A DNA stretch of 39,721 nt, taken from positions 11,305,216-11,344,936 of the forward strand of contig NC_057754.1 of NCBI RefSeq assembly GCF_004010195.1. Reading direction: 5' to 3'. A program made the position numbers and the translations under genes. Shown here piece by piece: positions 1 to 12,827 of this stretch. Source of the stretch: Chiloscyllium plagiosum (lineage: Eukaryota). The notes under the pieces were generated by a model. That model was given only the letters and a program-made list of their open reading frames with translations, ran no database searches and was not told where the DNA came from. Numbering within the stretch: position 1 is the first letter of the stretch; every line of letters begins with the position of its first letter.

Positions 1-2260
1 TCATCCAGCATTCCCTATACCTACCAGCCTTCCCTTTCACCCTGACAGGAATATACTTTCTCTGGATTCTTGTTCTCTCATTTCTGAAGGCTTCCCATTT
101 TCCAGCCAACCCTTTATCTGCGAACATCTGCTCCAATCAGCTTTCGAAAGTCCTTGCCTAATACCGCCAAAATTGGCCTTTCTCCAATTAGAACTTCAAC
201 TTTTAGATCTGGTCTATCCTTTTCCATCACTATTTTAAAACCAATAGAATTATGGTTGCTGGCCCCAAAGTGCTCCCCCACTGACACCTCAGTCCACTGC
301 CCTGCCTTATTTTCCAAGCGTAGGTCAGGTTTTGCACCTTCTCTAGTAGGTACATCCACATACTGAATCAAAACATTTTCTTGTACACACTTTAGAAATT
401 CCTCTCCATCTAAACCTTTAACACTATGGCAGCCCCAGTCAATGTTTGGAAAGTTAAAATCCCCTACCATACCTACCCTATTATTCTTACAGATAGCTGA
501 GATCTCCTTACAAGTTTGTTTCTCAATTTCCCTCTGACTATTGGGGGGTCTATAATACAATCGCAATAAGGTGATCATCCCTTTCTTATTTCTCAGTTCC
601 ACCCAAATAACTTGCCAGGATGTATTTCCGGGAATATCCTCCGTCAGCACAGCTGTAATGCTATCCCTTATCAAAAATGCTACTCCCCATCCTCTCTTGC
701 CTCCCTTTCTATCCTTCCTGTAGCATTTGTATCCTGGAACATTAAGCTGCCAGTCCTGCCCATCCCTGAGCCATGTTTCCATAATTGCTATGATATTCCA
801 GTCCCATGTTCCTCACCATGTCTGGAGTTCATCTGCCTTCCCTGTTTGGCCCCTTGCATTGAAATAAATGAAGTTTAATTTTTTAGTCCTATCTTGTCCC
901 TGCCTGCCCTGACTGTTTGACTCACTTCTGTTCTCAGCTGTACCCGTCTCAGATCGATCTCTTTCCTCACTATCTCCCTGGGTCCCAGCCCCCACCCCAT
1001 CTTACTAGTTTAAAATCGTCCCAAGCAGTTCTCGTAAATTTCCCTGCCAGTATATTAGTGCCCTTCCAATTTAGGTGCAATCCATCCTTCTTGTACAGGT
1101 CACTTCTACCCCAGAAGAGATTAAAATGATCCAAAAGTGTGAATCCTTCTCCCATACACCAGCTCCTCAGCCATCCATTCATCTGCCCTATCCTCCTATT
1201 CCTGCCCTCACTAGCTCGTAGCACTGGGAGTAATTCAGATATTACTACCCTAGAGGACCTCCTTTTTAAATTTCTGCCTAACTCTCTGTAATCTCCCTTC
1301 AGAATCTCAACCTTTTCCCTTCCAATGTAATTTGTTCCAATTTCACTGGCCCCTCTTCCCAGTGAGAGCATCCTGCACCCTCTCTGAGACATCCATGATC
1401 CTGGCACCAGGGAAACAACACACCATTCTGCTTTTTCTCTGCTGGCCACAGAAACGTCTGTCTGTACCTCTGACTACAGAATCCCCTAACATAACTGATA
1501 TCTTGGAAGCCGACGTACCCCTCATTGCATTAGAGCCAGTCTCAATATCAGAAACTTGGCTGTTTGTGCTATGTTCCCCTGAGAATCCATCACCTCCTAC
1601 ATTTTCCAAAACAGCATACCTGTTTGCAATGGGTATATCCACAAAAGGTTCCTGCAGTAGCTGCCTACCTCTCTTACCCTTCCTGGAGTTAACCCATCTA
1701 TGTGACTGTATCTGAGACTTCCCCACCTTCCTATAACTGCCATCCATCACATACTGTTGCTGTTACAAATTCCTCATCGCTTCTATCTGTCTCTCCAACC
1801 GATCTACTCGATCTGATAAGATACGCATCCAACAGCATTTATGGCAGATATAATCTGCAGTAACCCTTAAATGCTCTTTAGACTCCCACATCTGACAATA
1901 AGTACATATCACTTCAAAGGCCATTTTTGCTCCTTCACAATATATAGACCCAGAAAATAACACCGTATTATTCCTCAACAAACACTGCCCCAGGTTAAAT
2001 TAATAGCTATGGCTTATATTTTAAGTTTAATCAAGACACTTATCTCCAAAAACAAACAACCAAGAAAGAATCCACTATACTGATTACTGTAGCCTTTCTC
2101 TTGGACAGACTTAAAACAACAATTAACTTATCTGATTCTGTGCTGTGAACTTCGCCCAACAGTTCCTCCAAGATTAGTTGTGAATTTCACTGTTTGGTAA
2201 TTTTCCCAGATGCACTCTTTCCCAGGTTCTCTCTCTCTCTCCACACTGTCCTCGCCCATT
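1..2260 (-). mobile_element. CR1-clade LINE, 5' half (5'UTR, ORF1 zinc finger/coiled coil plus SGNH esterase, ORF2 APE endonuclease), frameshifted
   Basis: ORF1 pieces CTYCQMW...CHKC (1763-1981), LGDSVVRG (1343-1750), GTN and DGLHLN (970-1449); ORF2 endonuclease ETWL...YYRPP...GDFNFP (114-782). Confidence 0.93.
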
Positions 2261-2274
2261 TGCCATTTCCCGGC

Positions 2275-2770
2275 CTACTTCCCCAGCTGATCAAGGTCCT
2301 GCTGCAATTTCTGGTAACCTGCCTCTTGATCCACGATGCCATCTATTTTAATGCCATCAGCAAACTTACTAATCATGCCTCGTACATTCTTATTTAAATC
2401 AATGATATAGGTAACAAACACCAATGAGCCCAGTACCGACTCCTCAGGCACTCCACTAGTCACAGGCCTCCGGTTCGACAAGCATCCTTCCACTATTAGC
2501 CGCTGCATTCCTACCATCAAGCCAGCTTTGTATCTAATTTGCCAGCTTGCCCTGAATTTCATGTGAGCTAACCTTCCAGAGCAGCCTTCCCATGTGGAAC
2601 TTTATCAAAGGCCTTACTGAAATCCACATAAAATATGTCTACTGCCATACACTCATCAACCTTCCTTGTGACTTCATCAAAGAATTCTAACAACTTGGTG
2701 AGGCATGATCTCCCATGCACAAAGCTATGCTGACTGCTCCTAATCAGACCCTGTATTTCCAAATGCATGC
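2275..2770 (-). mobile_element. CR1 LINE reverse transcriptase fragment
   Basis: QHSFVHGRSCLT, DFSKAFDKVPH, GVPEESVLG and KFAD motifs split over frames. Confidence 0.9.
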
Positions 2771-2774
2771 ATAT

Positions 2775-3490
2775 AGAGTCAGAGAGATGTATAGCACAGA
2801 AACAGACCCTTCAGACCAACTTGTCCATGCCGACGAGATATCCTAACCTCATCTAGTCCCATTTGCCAGCACTTGGCCCAGATTCCTCTAAACCCTTCCT
2901 CTTCATATACCCATCCAGCTGCCTTTTGAAAGCTGTAGTTGTACCAGCCTCCACCACTTCCTCTGGCAGTTCATTCCATGCATGCATCACTCTTGGCATG
3001 AAAAATTTGCCCCTTAGGCCCCTTATACATCTTTACCCTCTCATCCTAAACTATGCTGTCTAGTTCTGGACTCGGTCGCCCCAGGGAAAAGATCTTGTCT
3101 GCTTATCCTATCCATGCCCCTCAGGATATCATAAACATGTATAAAGGTTACTCCTCAGCCTCTGACACTCCAGGGAAAACAGCCACAGCCTATTTAGGCT
3201 CTCCAGAGAGTTTGAATCCTCCAAATCTGGCAACATCCTTGTATATCTTTTGTGAATCCTTTCAAGTTTCACGACATCCTTCTGATAAGAAGGAGACCAG
3301 AATTGCATGCAATGTTTCAAAAGTGGCCGAACCAATGGCCCATACGGCCGCAACACGACTCCAATGCCTATACTTAATGCTCTGACCAATAAAGGAAAGT
3401 ATACCAAATGCCTTCTTCACTATCTTATCTATCTGCAACTCTACTTTCAAGGAATTATAAACCTCCCTAGAACATTACCATTAAATGAAT
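2775..3490 (-). mobile_element. CR1 LINE 3' end (ORF2 C-terminus and 3'UTR)
   Basis: LVRPLLKHCMQFWSP...LERIHKRYTRM; 3' tail similar to neighbouring copies. Confidence 0.88.
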
Positions 3491-3491
3491 A

Positions 3492-4765
3492 AGTCATAGG
3501 GTCATAAAGATGTACAGCATGGAAGCACACCCTTTGGTCCAACCCGTCCATGCTGACCAGATATCCCAACCCAATCTAGTCCCACCTGACAGCACCTGGC
3601 CCATAAGCCTCCAAACACTTCCTATTCATATACCCATCCAAATGCCTCTTAAATGTTGCAATTGTACCAGCCTCCACCACTTCTTACGGCAGCTCATTCC
3701 ATACACATACTACCCTCTGCATGAAAAAGTTGCCCCTTAGGTTTCTTTTATATCTTTCCCTCTCACCCTAAACCTATGCCCTCTAGTTCTGGACTCCCCG
3801 ACCCCAGGGAAAAGACTTTGCCGATTTATCCTATCCATGCCCCTCATAATTTTGTAAACCTCTATAAGGTCATCCCTCAGCCTCTGACGCTCCAGGGAAA
3901 ACAGCCCCAGCCTGTTCAGCCTTTCCCTATGGCTCAAATCCTCCAACCCTGGCAACATCCTTGGGGGTCTTTACTGAACCCTTTCAAGTTTCACAACATC
4001 TTTCCGATAGGAAGGAGACCGGAATTGCATGCAATATTGCAACAGTGGCCTAATGAATGCCCTGTAGAGCCGCACCATGACCTCCCAATTCCTGTACTCA
4101 ATGCTCTGACTAATAAAGGAAAGCATACCAAACGCCTTCTTCACTATCATATCTACCTGCGACTCCACTTTCAAGGAGCTATGAACTTGCACTCCAAGGT
4201 CTCTTTGTCCAGCAACACTCCCTATGACCTTACCAAAGTACTGATCTGATTTGCTTTTCCAAAATGCAGCACCTCACATTTATCTTAATTAAACTTCATC
4301 TGTGACTTGGCAGCCCATTGGCCCATCTGATCAAGATCCCACTGCAAAGTAAGGTAACCTTCTCCGGTGTCCACTACAGCTCCAATTTTGGTGTCATCTG
4401 CAAACTTACTAACTATACCTCCTACGTTCACATCCGAATCATTTATACAATGATGAAAAGTAGTGGACACAGCACACCACTGGTCACAGATGTCTGAAAA
4501 GTAAACCTTGACCACCACCCTATGTTTTCTACGATCGAGCCAGATCTGTATCCAAATGGCTAGTTCTCTCTGTATTCCATGTGATTTGATCTTGCTAACC
4601 AGTCTCTCATGAGTAATCGTGTTGAACACCTAACTGAAGTCCATATAGATCACATCCACCACTCTGCCCTCTTTGTTACTTCTTCAGAAAACTCTATCAA
4701 GTTCATGATACATGATTTCCCACACACAAAGCCATGATGACTATCCCTAATCAATCCTTACTAGA
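3492..4765 (-). mobile_element. CR1 LINE 3' part (RT to 3'UTR)
   Basis: KFADDTKIG, YCMQFRSP and LGLFSLE...DLIEVYKIMRG motifs. Confidence 0.9.
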
Positions 4766-4799
4766 CCGGCCAATTTTGCATTTTAGAGAGTCCCCTTTG

Positions 4800-5670
4800 T
4801 CCTCACCTCCCAACCCACGTGTCTCCAGATCCAATGCATCATCCTTAAACACTTCACCAACTCCAACTAGACCAGACCACCAAGAACATCTTCCCCTCCC
4901 CACCCCTCTCTGCCTTCCGCAAGGACCGTTCCCTTTGACAGTCCTTGGTTTGCACCACTCTCCCCACTGACCCCCCCGAACCCCCAGGTACCTTCCCCTG
5001 CAACCGGAAAAGATGGCAAACCTGCTGGCACGTCACCTTACACAGTTCCATTCAAGGCCCCAAACAGTCCTTGCAGGTGAGACAGAGGTTCACCTGCCTC
5101 CCTTCCAACCTAGTTTACTGCATCTGGTGCACCCAATCTAGTCTTTTCTACAACAGGAGACTAAACGTAAACTTAGAAAACAGTTTGCTGAGAATCCGGG
5201 GCGGGGGCGGGCGGCTGGGGCTGGGGGTCTGCAGTGGCCACCCACTTAAATTACCCCAAGCACTCCCTTTCTGACATGATCATCCTTGGCACCCCCATTG
5301 CCAAAACCAACCACTACGCAAATTGGAGGAACAACACGTTATCTTCTCTCTGGACACCCTACAGTCCAAAGGACTCAACTTTGGGGTCTCCAATTTCTAA
5401 TAACCTCCCATCCCATTCCCTGACTCCCTTCCCAGTCACTCCCTATCACTTCCACTGCTCTCTACCTCCAATTGGATTCATTCCTCCCATTGTCCAACCA
5501 ACTACGGTACTTCACCTATCCCCACCTCACTACCCTGCCCCAACCACCTCCTTTATATGCAGCTTCCCAACATCTCCTCCCAATCTTTAAGAAGGGGGAC
5601 ACCTGAGACGTCGATTATTCCACCTCCTGACGCTGCCTGGCTTGCTGTGTTCTTCCAGCCTCCTGCCTGT
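4800..5670 (+). mobile_element. Penelope-like element 3' part (GIY-YIG endonuclease region and pseudo-LTR)
   Basis: GTFPCNRKRWQTC...FTCLPSNLVYCIWC linker/GIY-YIG motif; homologous to 32686-33747; decayed hammerhead-like tail near 5585-5615. Confidence 0.85.
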
Positions 5671-5714
5671 CAGGTTTGGAGAAAGGATATTGATTGAAGG
5701 TGATGCATAAGACT

Positions 5715-5970
5715 GCCAACCCCGCCCCCCACCCTGATTTACAGGGGCACTCCCCAAATGCCAGCCACGTCACGTGACCTGCGCTCGGGGCACCCCGTGC
5801 GCTCTCACGCGAGTTCCTGGTCGTTGGTCGCTAACTGCCGCGGTGCGCGTGCACACTCGTTAGAACTACAACACCCACCGGGCCCCGCGGACCTAGTATC
5901 CGCCCGGCATGTTTACCAACTCGTACTACGCAGGCGCTACGCTCCCAGGCAGCATGGATAATGTAGTTCG
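5715..5970 (+). promoter_or_regulatory. CpG-rich Pol II promoter-like element with E-box, GC box and ZNF143/Staf-like motifs
   Basis: Local CpG enrichment; CCCGCCCC ~5720; GTCACGTGAC 5769-5778; TGCGCGTGCAC 5844-5854; GAACTACAACACCCA from 5863, GCTACGCTCCCAGGCAGCA 5936-5954 and inverted GCATGGATAATGTAGTTC 5952-5969. Confidence 0.7.
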
Positions 5971-5974
5971 CACA

Positions 5975-6088
5975 GGGTGTGCTGCAGGAAGCTGTGCGGA
6001 GAAACAGTTAATGTCTTGAGTCTGATCTAACTCTTGTTCAGACCTGGAAAATGCTAGGGTTTCTGTTGTAGACCGAGGAGAACAGATG
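5975..6088 (+). other. Putative first exon (start approximate)
   Basis: Immediately downstream of the promoter motifs; ends at ATG|GTAAGA donor (GT at 6089). Confidence 0.5.
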
Positions 6089-7515
6089 GTAAGAGTGCCC
6101 AGAGTATGTCCCTTTTTGGTGAATATTTGGCACTGTTTGCCTCTGTTCATTTACAGCCAGACATAATCCTGTTTCCCCTGTTTATCTCCACCAGTGCTCA
6201 TTTTCATACTCAAACCATGGCACGCTGCTTCTTGTTCTCGGTTATTGTTTATCCTTTATGGGGCTCACTTTAAAACTTCATCATCCCTTTGAATTCCATC
6301 TTATTCCTAATTTCCTGGAGGAACTCTTACTGTGACATTGCTCATTTACTCTGCTTTATTATGCAACACTCGATCTGAAACAGATCTACCTCCAGTTAGT
6401 GAACAATGTTGTTGTTGTTCCAAGAAACACTGACAAAACCATTCTACAAACTCCATTTTGAGATCACTCTTGCCAATGTGATTGACCCGGACTGTATGCA
6501 AACTGAAGTCCCCCATAATTATTCCCTTGTCTTTTTACAAATCCCAGTAGGTTCCTGTTTAATGCAGTGTCTTAACGATGCAGTGCTGATATCCAAGTCA
6601 AAAGTGTTCACCTATTTTCAATTCTTGGCACATCGTCCTTCCAAATTGCTTTCCTACTGACTGTATTTCATAACCTGGGGATAAATAATTTGTCAGTCTT
6701 GCTTTTGTTATGCCGAACTAAAAGGTTCCTCCCTCCTCCATTTCCATTCTGTCTGTCCCTCTGTAAAACTGAGTACTCTTGAATATTAATGTCCTACATT
6801 TTGTTCACATTAACCAAGTCTCTCTGGTGATTAGATCAAAGTCATTCACTTCTGTGTTCACCTGTCCATCCATCTTATTGCAGATACTTTGCGCATTCAA
6901 ATAGAGAAACAATAACTTACATCTTATTACCAGTTAAACTTGTCCCTTACTGTTCCTTTCTTCATCCACATTATCATGTTATTCCTATGTTTGAACCTTT
7001 CTCATTGTTTTTGAAAATATCGACTCACCCGACCCCTGTTCCTGCCTCATCTCTGTCAGTTAAAAGGCTATTCGTAATCGTATTCATACGACTAGCCAGG
7101 ACACTGGTCCCAGCACTGATCTTGTGGAATCCAATACTGAAGCTCGCTTTTCTTGAGCACTGGTGCCAATGCCCCATGAATCAAAACCACTTCTTCTGAC
7201 AGTATTGTTTGATTCTGAAACTTCTTGCATGCTTTTGGGATTGCTCAGTATCTCTTCATGTGATCCCTCACTGTGTGTGTGTGTGTGTGTCTAGCTGCTG
7301 CATCTGTCTGCCACTTTCTGTTGCAGCTACTCTAAGATTCTGGGCCGACAGAATTCTCCACTGTAGACAGGAGAGCCTAAAAGATTATGTAACATTGACC
7401 AGGAATGGAGACTGGGATTTTTTACATCTCTGTGAGACTCGGTATCATTCTATTCGGGTAATACTCATTTCATCAGCGTAATTTCTGAATCTTTCTATTT
7501 CTGTGTCTCCTGTAG

Positions 7516-7640
7516 CTACTCGGAATTCTTAACTCAGCAGAATTCCCACATTCTGCCTCATCCATCACCACATTGAAGACAATCAACCAGCCAGAAAGAT
7601 GAGGGAGAGTGAGATCTACAGTCTTCAATAAATCCTGCAG
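7516..7640 (+). other. Putative internal exon, probably non-coding or 5'UTR
   Basis: Polypyrimidine tract plus TGTAG acceptor (7511-7515) and CAG|GTAAGA donor (7641). Confidence 0.55.
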
Positions 7641-7994
7641 GTAAGATCACTTGTGTTGGATAAAGGTGAATTAGAGGGCTCAAAGCTCTAGGCCCACAAA
7701 CATGACACAGCTTGAGCGCTGAAGTGGGAGCACAGAAGCTCCATTGTTATCCTCTCACGAGGCCTGCTTTCACCATTCCTTTACTGAGCTTTGCAAAGAT
7801 AGCATGGGCTACAATTGATGACTGGGATCTTCACATGCTGTTTTCGTGAAGTTCAGTTCAACAGAGGTGGAAGCAGATCTGTCACGAGAGGCTGCTAATT
7901 AAGTCTGATATCTTTTTGTATTATGCTGTTCTCTGTCTTCAACACAGTATTTATGTCATGTGTTATGTTGCTGTGTTTTATCTATCTAACTTCT

Positions 7995-8535
7995 ATTACT
8001 GTCCCTATCTCTGTAACCTCCTCCAGTCCTTACTACCCACCCTATCTCTGTAACTTGCTCCTCTCTCTACAGCATGCCCTGTCTCAGCAAACTGCAGTCA
8101 CTGCAGTAGTCACTATCTTTCCCATCTCCTCCAGTCTCTGCCATCTCCTACAGACCACCCCATCAGTGCACCCTCCTCCAGTCTTTGCAACACTCCTTCC
8201 TCCCATGCTTCAGCAATTCACTATTTCTGTAATCTCCTACCGTTACTGCAAATCTCCCCAACTGCTTCAGGTTCTCCAAACGGTAAAGCTTTTCCTCCTT
8301 GTGTAATTTGCTTCAGTCTCTACTATACTCATTGTTCGGGTGACCTTCTGAAGCCACTTTGACCCTCCCCGTGCCTGTCACCTCATTCAGTCTCTACAAT
8401 ATTCTCCGTCTCTGACCTGCTTTTTGTAACTAGAATGCTCCCTATCTCTACTTTCTCCAGTCACTATTAGCCTTCCTAAAGTTGTAATCTCTTGCAGCCA
8501 CCTAAAACTATCCATGTCCCTGTAACATCCTCTTG
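7995..8535. repeat. Degenerate ~30-35-bp minisatellite (CCCTATCTCTGTAACCTCCTCCAG-like)
   Basis: Recurrent ctatctctgtaac...ctcctccag units. Confidence 0.75.
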
Positions 8536-8872
8536 AAAAGAGGGAGAGGTATGGCATTGTTAGTCAAGGACGGTATTAAGGTGGCAATATTTGGTGAGAA
8601 CTCATCTACTTAGGGAGTGTAGCCTGAGATTAGAAACTGGAAAGGAGAGGTCACCCTGTTGGATGTTTTCTATAGGCCTCCGAAAATTTCCAGAGATGTC
8701 GAGGAAAGGATTGCTAAGATTATTCTGGAGAGGAGTGAAAGTAACAGAGTTGTTGTTATGGGGGCTTTAACTTTCCAAATATTGACGGGAAATGTGATAA
8801 TTCGAGTAGTTTAGGTGGGTCAGTTTTTGCCCAATGTGAGCAAGAGGATTTTGTGACACAGTATGTGGATAG
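8535..8872 (+). mobile_element. CR1 endonuclease fragment inserted in the minisatellite
   Basis: Reads ...ALLVKD...FYRPP...VVMGAL; homologous to 38700-39140. Confidence 0.8.
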
Positions 8873-9030
8873 TCAGAGAGTGTGGTGTTGGAAAAGCACA
8901 GCTGGTCAGGTAACATCCGAGGAGCAGGAGGATCAAAATTTCAGCATGGAATAAGATGGGGGGAGGGGAAATGAGGAAACTGGTGAAATCCACATTGATC
9001 CCGTCTGACTGGAGGGTCCCTCTCGGCATC
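8873..9030 (-). mobile_element. Penelope-like element 3' fragment
   Basis: gtgttggaaaagcacagc...ggagcaggag and ggggaaatgaggaaactggtgaaatccacattgat are shared with 32690-33060. Confidence 0.7.
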
Positions 9031-9234
9031 GACTGGTTAGGGTTTGGTAATGGAGAAGGTGTTGAATGAGGAATGTAACCGAACATTTTAACTCCTCCCT
9101 CATTCCGCCAAGTTTGAATCCAGTTTGCCAACTTCTTTTGGATCCCCTGGGGATACCAGCTTTTCATGTGGGGCCTTGTCAAATGTCTTAAGTTCATGTA
9201 AACCACATCAACCACACACAGACACACACTCTTC

Positions 9235-10075
9235 CTGTAGGCATCTGCAGTCTCTCAAACATTCTGTATCAGAATCGCTTTTTCCAGTCCATACAATCAG
9301 TCCTATCTCTGTGAACCTCTCTTCCCAATACAACCCTCCCTGTCCGTGTGTTCCCCTGCACTGCCACAATGTTTCTTGTCTGAAAAAGTCTCCAGTACAT
9401 TGAGCTGCCCCTATTTGTAGAACGTCTTCCAGACCCAAAAAGCCTTTGCAACTTCCTCAATCCCTTACAGCCCTCATTATCAGTATAATCTTCCTCCTTC
9501 ACAGCAAATCTCCATACCTTGGTGACCTCCTCCAGCTCCTGCAATCTTCCATAACCCCATATGCCGTACAGCTGCAAGTATCCTTCCTAATGTAATCTCT
9601 CCAATCCTCACAATCTCTATAAAGTTCACCCATCTCCACAACATACACATTCTCCGTAAGCTATACTAGTCCCTCCTACTTATATCCATGTAAACGCTTC
9701 AGTCCCTTCAACCCTTTACTTCTGTAGCCTCTTGCAGTTCATATATGGCTCCTTATCTCTATAGAGGAGAAAGTGAGGTCTGCAGATGCTGGCTGAAGAA
9801 GGGCTTATGAACCGAAACGAAACGTCGATTCTCCTGTTCCCTGGATGCTGCCTGACCTGCGCTTTTCCAGCAACACATTTCCAGCTCCTTTTCTCTATAA
9901 CCTCCTCCAGACTTTACTTCTCTACTTATTTTCAAAATCTCTACCACCTCTTACAATTCTCCCGATCACTTGATTAACTCTCATATCCAATTACCTCTGT
10001 TTGTTTGTAAAGTCCTCTTAACCTTCCAACCATTCCCTGATCTGTGCACTCCTCCAACCTCTCAAATCTTGCCTG
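9235..10075. repeat. Continuation of the degenerate minisatellite
   Basis: Same unit family as 7995-8535. Confidence 0.65.
9791..9830 (+). ncRNA. Minimal hammerhead-like motif in a short Penelope pseudo-LTR (9762-9887)
   Basis: CTGAAGA-AGGGCTTATGAACC-GAAAC-GAAACGTC-GATT; helix II disturbed. Confidence 0.5.
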
Positions 10076-10636
10076 TCTCAATTATTGTGCAGTCATAGAG
10101 TTGTCCAGCATTGAAACGGATCCTCCACTCCAAGTTGTCTGCGTCAACGAGATATCCTAAATTAATCTAGTCCTTCTAAATCCTTCCTATTCCTTTACCC
10201 ATCCAGATGCCTTTTAAATGCTGTACTTGAACCAACTGTAGCAAATGCTGTGGCAGCTCATTGCATAAACGCATCACCCTCTGCATGAAAATATTGCCCC
10301 TTGTATCCATTTTAAATATTTCTCCTCTGGCATTAGATCTATACCCTCGAGGTTTGGACTCCCATCTCCCTGTAGAAAAGATCTTTTCTACTTAGCCGAT
10401 TCATGCTCCTCATAATTTTATAAGCCACGATCAGATCACCTCTCTGCCTCCTGGGAAAATAGCCTCTGCCATTTCAGAATCTCTCCCTATACCTCAAACC
10501 TTCTAGCCCTGGCAACATCCTTGTAAATCTTTTCTGAAATTTTTCAAGTTTCACCACATTCTTCCTATAGCAGGGAGACTAGAATTGCACGCAGTATTCC
10601 AAAAGTAGCCTATACAATGCCCTGCACAGCTGCCAT

Positions 10637-10936
10637 GGGCAGCACGGTGGCACAGTGGTTAGCACTGCTGCCTGAGACCCGGGTTCAATTCCCGCCTCAG
10701 GCGACTGACTATGTGGAGTTTCCACGTTCTCCCCATGTTCTCCTCCGGGTGTTCCGGTTTCCTCCCATAGTCCAAAGATGTGCAGGTCAGGTGAATTGGC
10801 CATGCAAAATTGCCCGTAGTGTGAGGTAAGGGGTAAATGTAGGGGTATGGGTGGGTTGCGCTTCGGCGGGTCGGTGTGGACTTGTTGGGCAGAAGGGCCT
10901 GTTTCCACGCTGCAATCTAATCTAATCTAATCTAAT
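10637..10936 (+). mobile_element. tRNA-derived HE1/V-SINE-type SINE
   Basis: A box TGGCACAGTGG, B box GGTTCAATTCC, CR1-like tail ending in (TCTAA)n. Confidence 0.88.
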
Positions 10937-11445
10937 ATGATCTCCAACTCATCTCCTCAAGGCAATCATCAATAAAGGCAAGCATAATAAATGGATTCTT
11001 CACGATTCTGTCTACCTGCAACTCCACTATCAAGGAACTATGAACCTGCCCTCCAAGATCTCTTTGTTCAACAATATTCGGCAGGACCTTACCATTACGT
11101 GTATAAGTCCTGCCCTGATTTGTCTTTCTAAAATGCAGCCCCTCGAATTTCTCCAAATTAACCTCCACCTGCCACTCTTCGGCTCATTGGCCCATCTGAT
11201 CAAGATCCTGTTGTAGTCTGAGGTAACCTGCTTCACTGTCCACTACACTGATGTCCAATTCTGGTGTTGTCTGCAAAGTTACTAACCATGCCTTGTATGA
11301 TCACATTCAAAGCATTTATATAACTGACAAATAGCAGTGGACCCAGCACTGAACTTGTGGCACAATGCTGGTCACAGGCCTCGAGTCTGAAAAGCAAACG
11401 TCCATCACCACCGTCTGTCTTCTACCTTCGAGCCAGTTCTGTATC

Positions 11446-11836
11446 CAGATTGCAAGATTTCCATGTGATCTAACATTTTTAACCAGTATACCATGAGGAA
11501 CCTTGTCGAATTGAAGTCCACATCGATCACGTCCACCGATCATTCCTTATCAATCCCCTTTGTTACTTCTTCAAAAAACGCAAGTTAGTGAGATACGATT
11601 TCCATGCACAAAGCCATATTGACTATTCATATGCGTTGCCCAGATTGCAAGATTTCCATGTGATCTAACATTTTTAACCAGTATACCATGAGGAACCTTG
11701 TCGAATTGAAGTCCACATCGATCACGTCCACCAATCATTCCTTATCAATCCCCTTTGTTACTTCTTCAAAAAACGCAAGTTAGTGAGATACGATTTCCCA
11801 TGCACAAAGCCATATTGACTATTCATATGCGTTGCC
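11446..11836. repeat. Near-perfect tandem duplication (195 + 196 bp) inside the CR1
   Basis: 11446-11640 versus 11641-11836, about two differences. Confidence 0.92.
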
Positions 11837-12827
11837 TTTCCAGTACATATACATCCTGTCCCTCAGGAATCCCTCCAACAACTTGCCCACCACTGATGTC
11901 AAGCTCACCGGTTTACAGTTCCCTAGCTTTTCCTTCCCACCTTTCTTAAATAGTGGCATCACCGTGTTCTGGTACCTCATCTGTGGCTATTGATGAGACA
12001 AATAGTTCAGCAAGGAGTCCTGCAACCACTTCACTAACTTCCCACAGAGTTCTGGGTACACATGATCAGATCATGGGGATTTATCAACCTTGATGCATTT
12101 GAGACTCCAGTACCGCCTCTTCTGTAATATGGACATTTTTAAAGATGTTGCTATTTGATTCCCTGTGTTCTGTATTTTCTATACCCTTCTCCAGTAAAAA
12201 CTGAAGCAAAGCTGTTGTTTAGTATCTGCCCCATCTCCTGTGGCTCCACACATAGGCAACCTTGTTAATCTTTAATGGGTCATATTCTTGCCCTAGTTAC
12301 CTCTTTGTCCTTAATGTAGTTGTCAAAACCCTTTAGATTCTCCTGAACCGTACTTTCCAAAGATACCTCATGTCCCCTGTTTGCCCTCTTGATTTCCCTG
12401 TTAAGTATATTCCTACTGCCTTTATACTCTTCTAGGGATACAATCGAATTCTGCTGTTTATAGCTGGAATATGTCTCCTGCTTATTTGTGACAAAAACCT
12501 CAATTTTTCTCGTCATCCTACATTCCCTACTGTTATCAGCCTTGCCCTTCATCCTAACAGGATCATACTGGCTCTGGACTCTCGTTACCTCACTTTTGAA
12601 GCCGTCACTTCACTAGCAAACATCTACCCCACCCCACCCAAACAATTTTTGAAAGATTTTGCCAAATACTATGAAAATTGGCCTTCCTTCAATTCAGAAC
12701 TTTAACTTCTAGATCCAATCTATCCTTTTACGTCACTATTTTAAAGCCAGTAGTGTTTAACATGCAACTGGACAGAATCAAACTACTTTTGCGAAAATGT
12801 ATACAGAGATAGTTTATGAATAAAGTA

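Larger units (their letters stand above)
10092..12750 (-). mobile_element. Degenerate CR1 LINE ORF2 and 3' end, interrupted by a SINE
   Basis: FDKVPHG, WIQNWLEG and LEYCVQF motifs across frames. Confidence 0.88.

Noticed and set aside
7815..7908. Intronic C/D box snoRNA (TGATGA...CTGA)
   Set aside because: C box lacks the leading purine, with no convincing terminal stem or recognisable guide
10640..10700. tRNA gene
   Set aside because: A and B boxes belong to a SINE head; no cloverleaf
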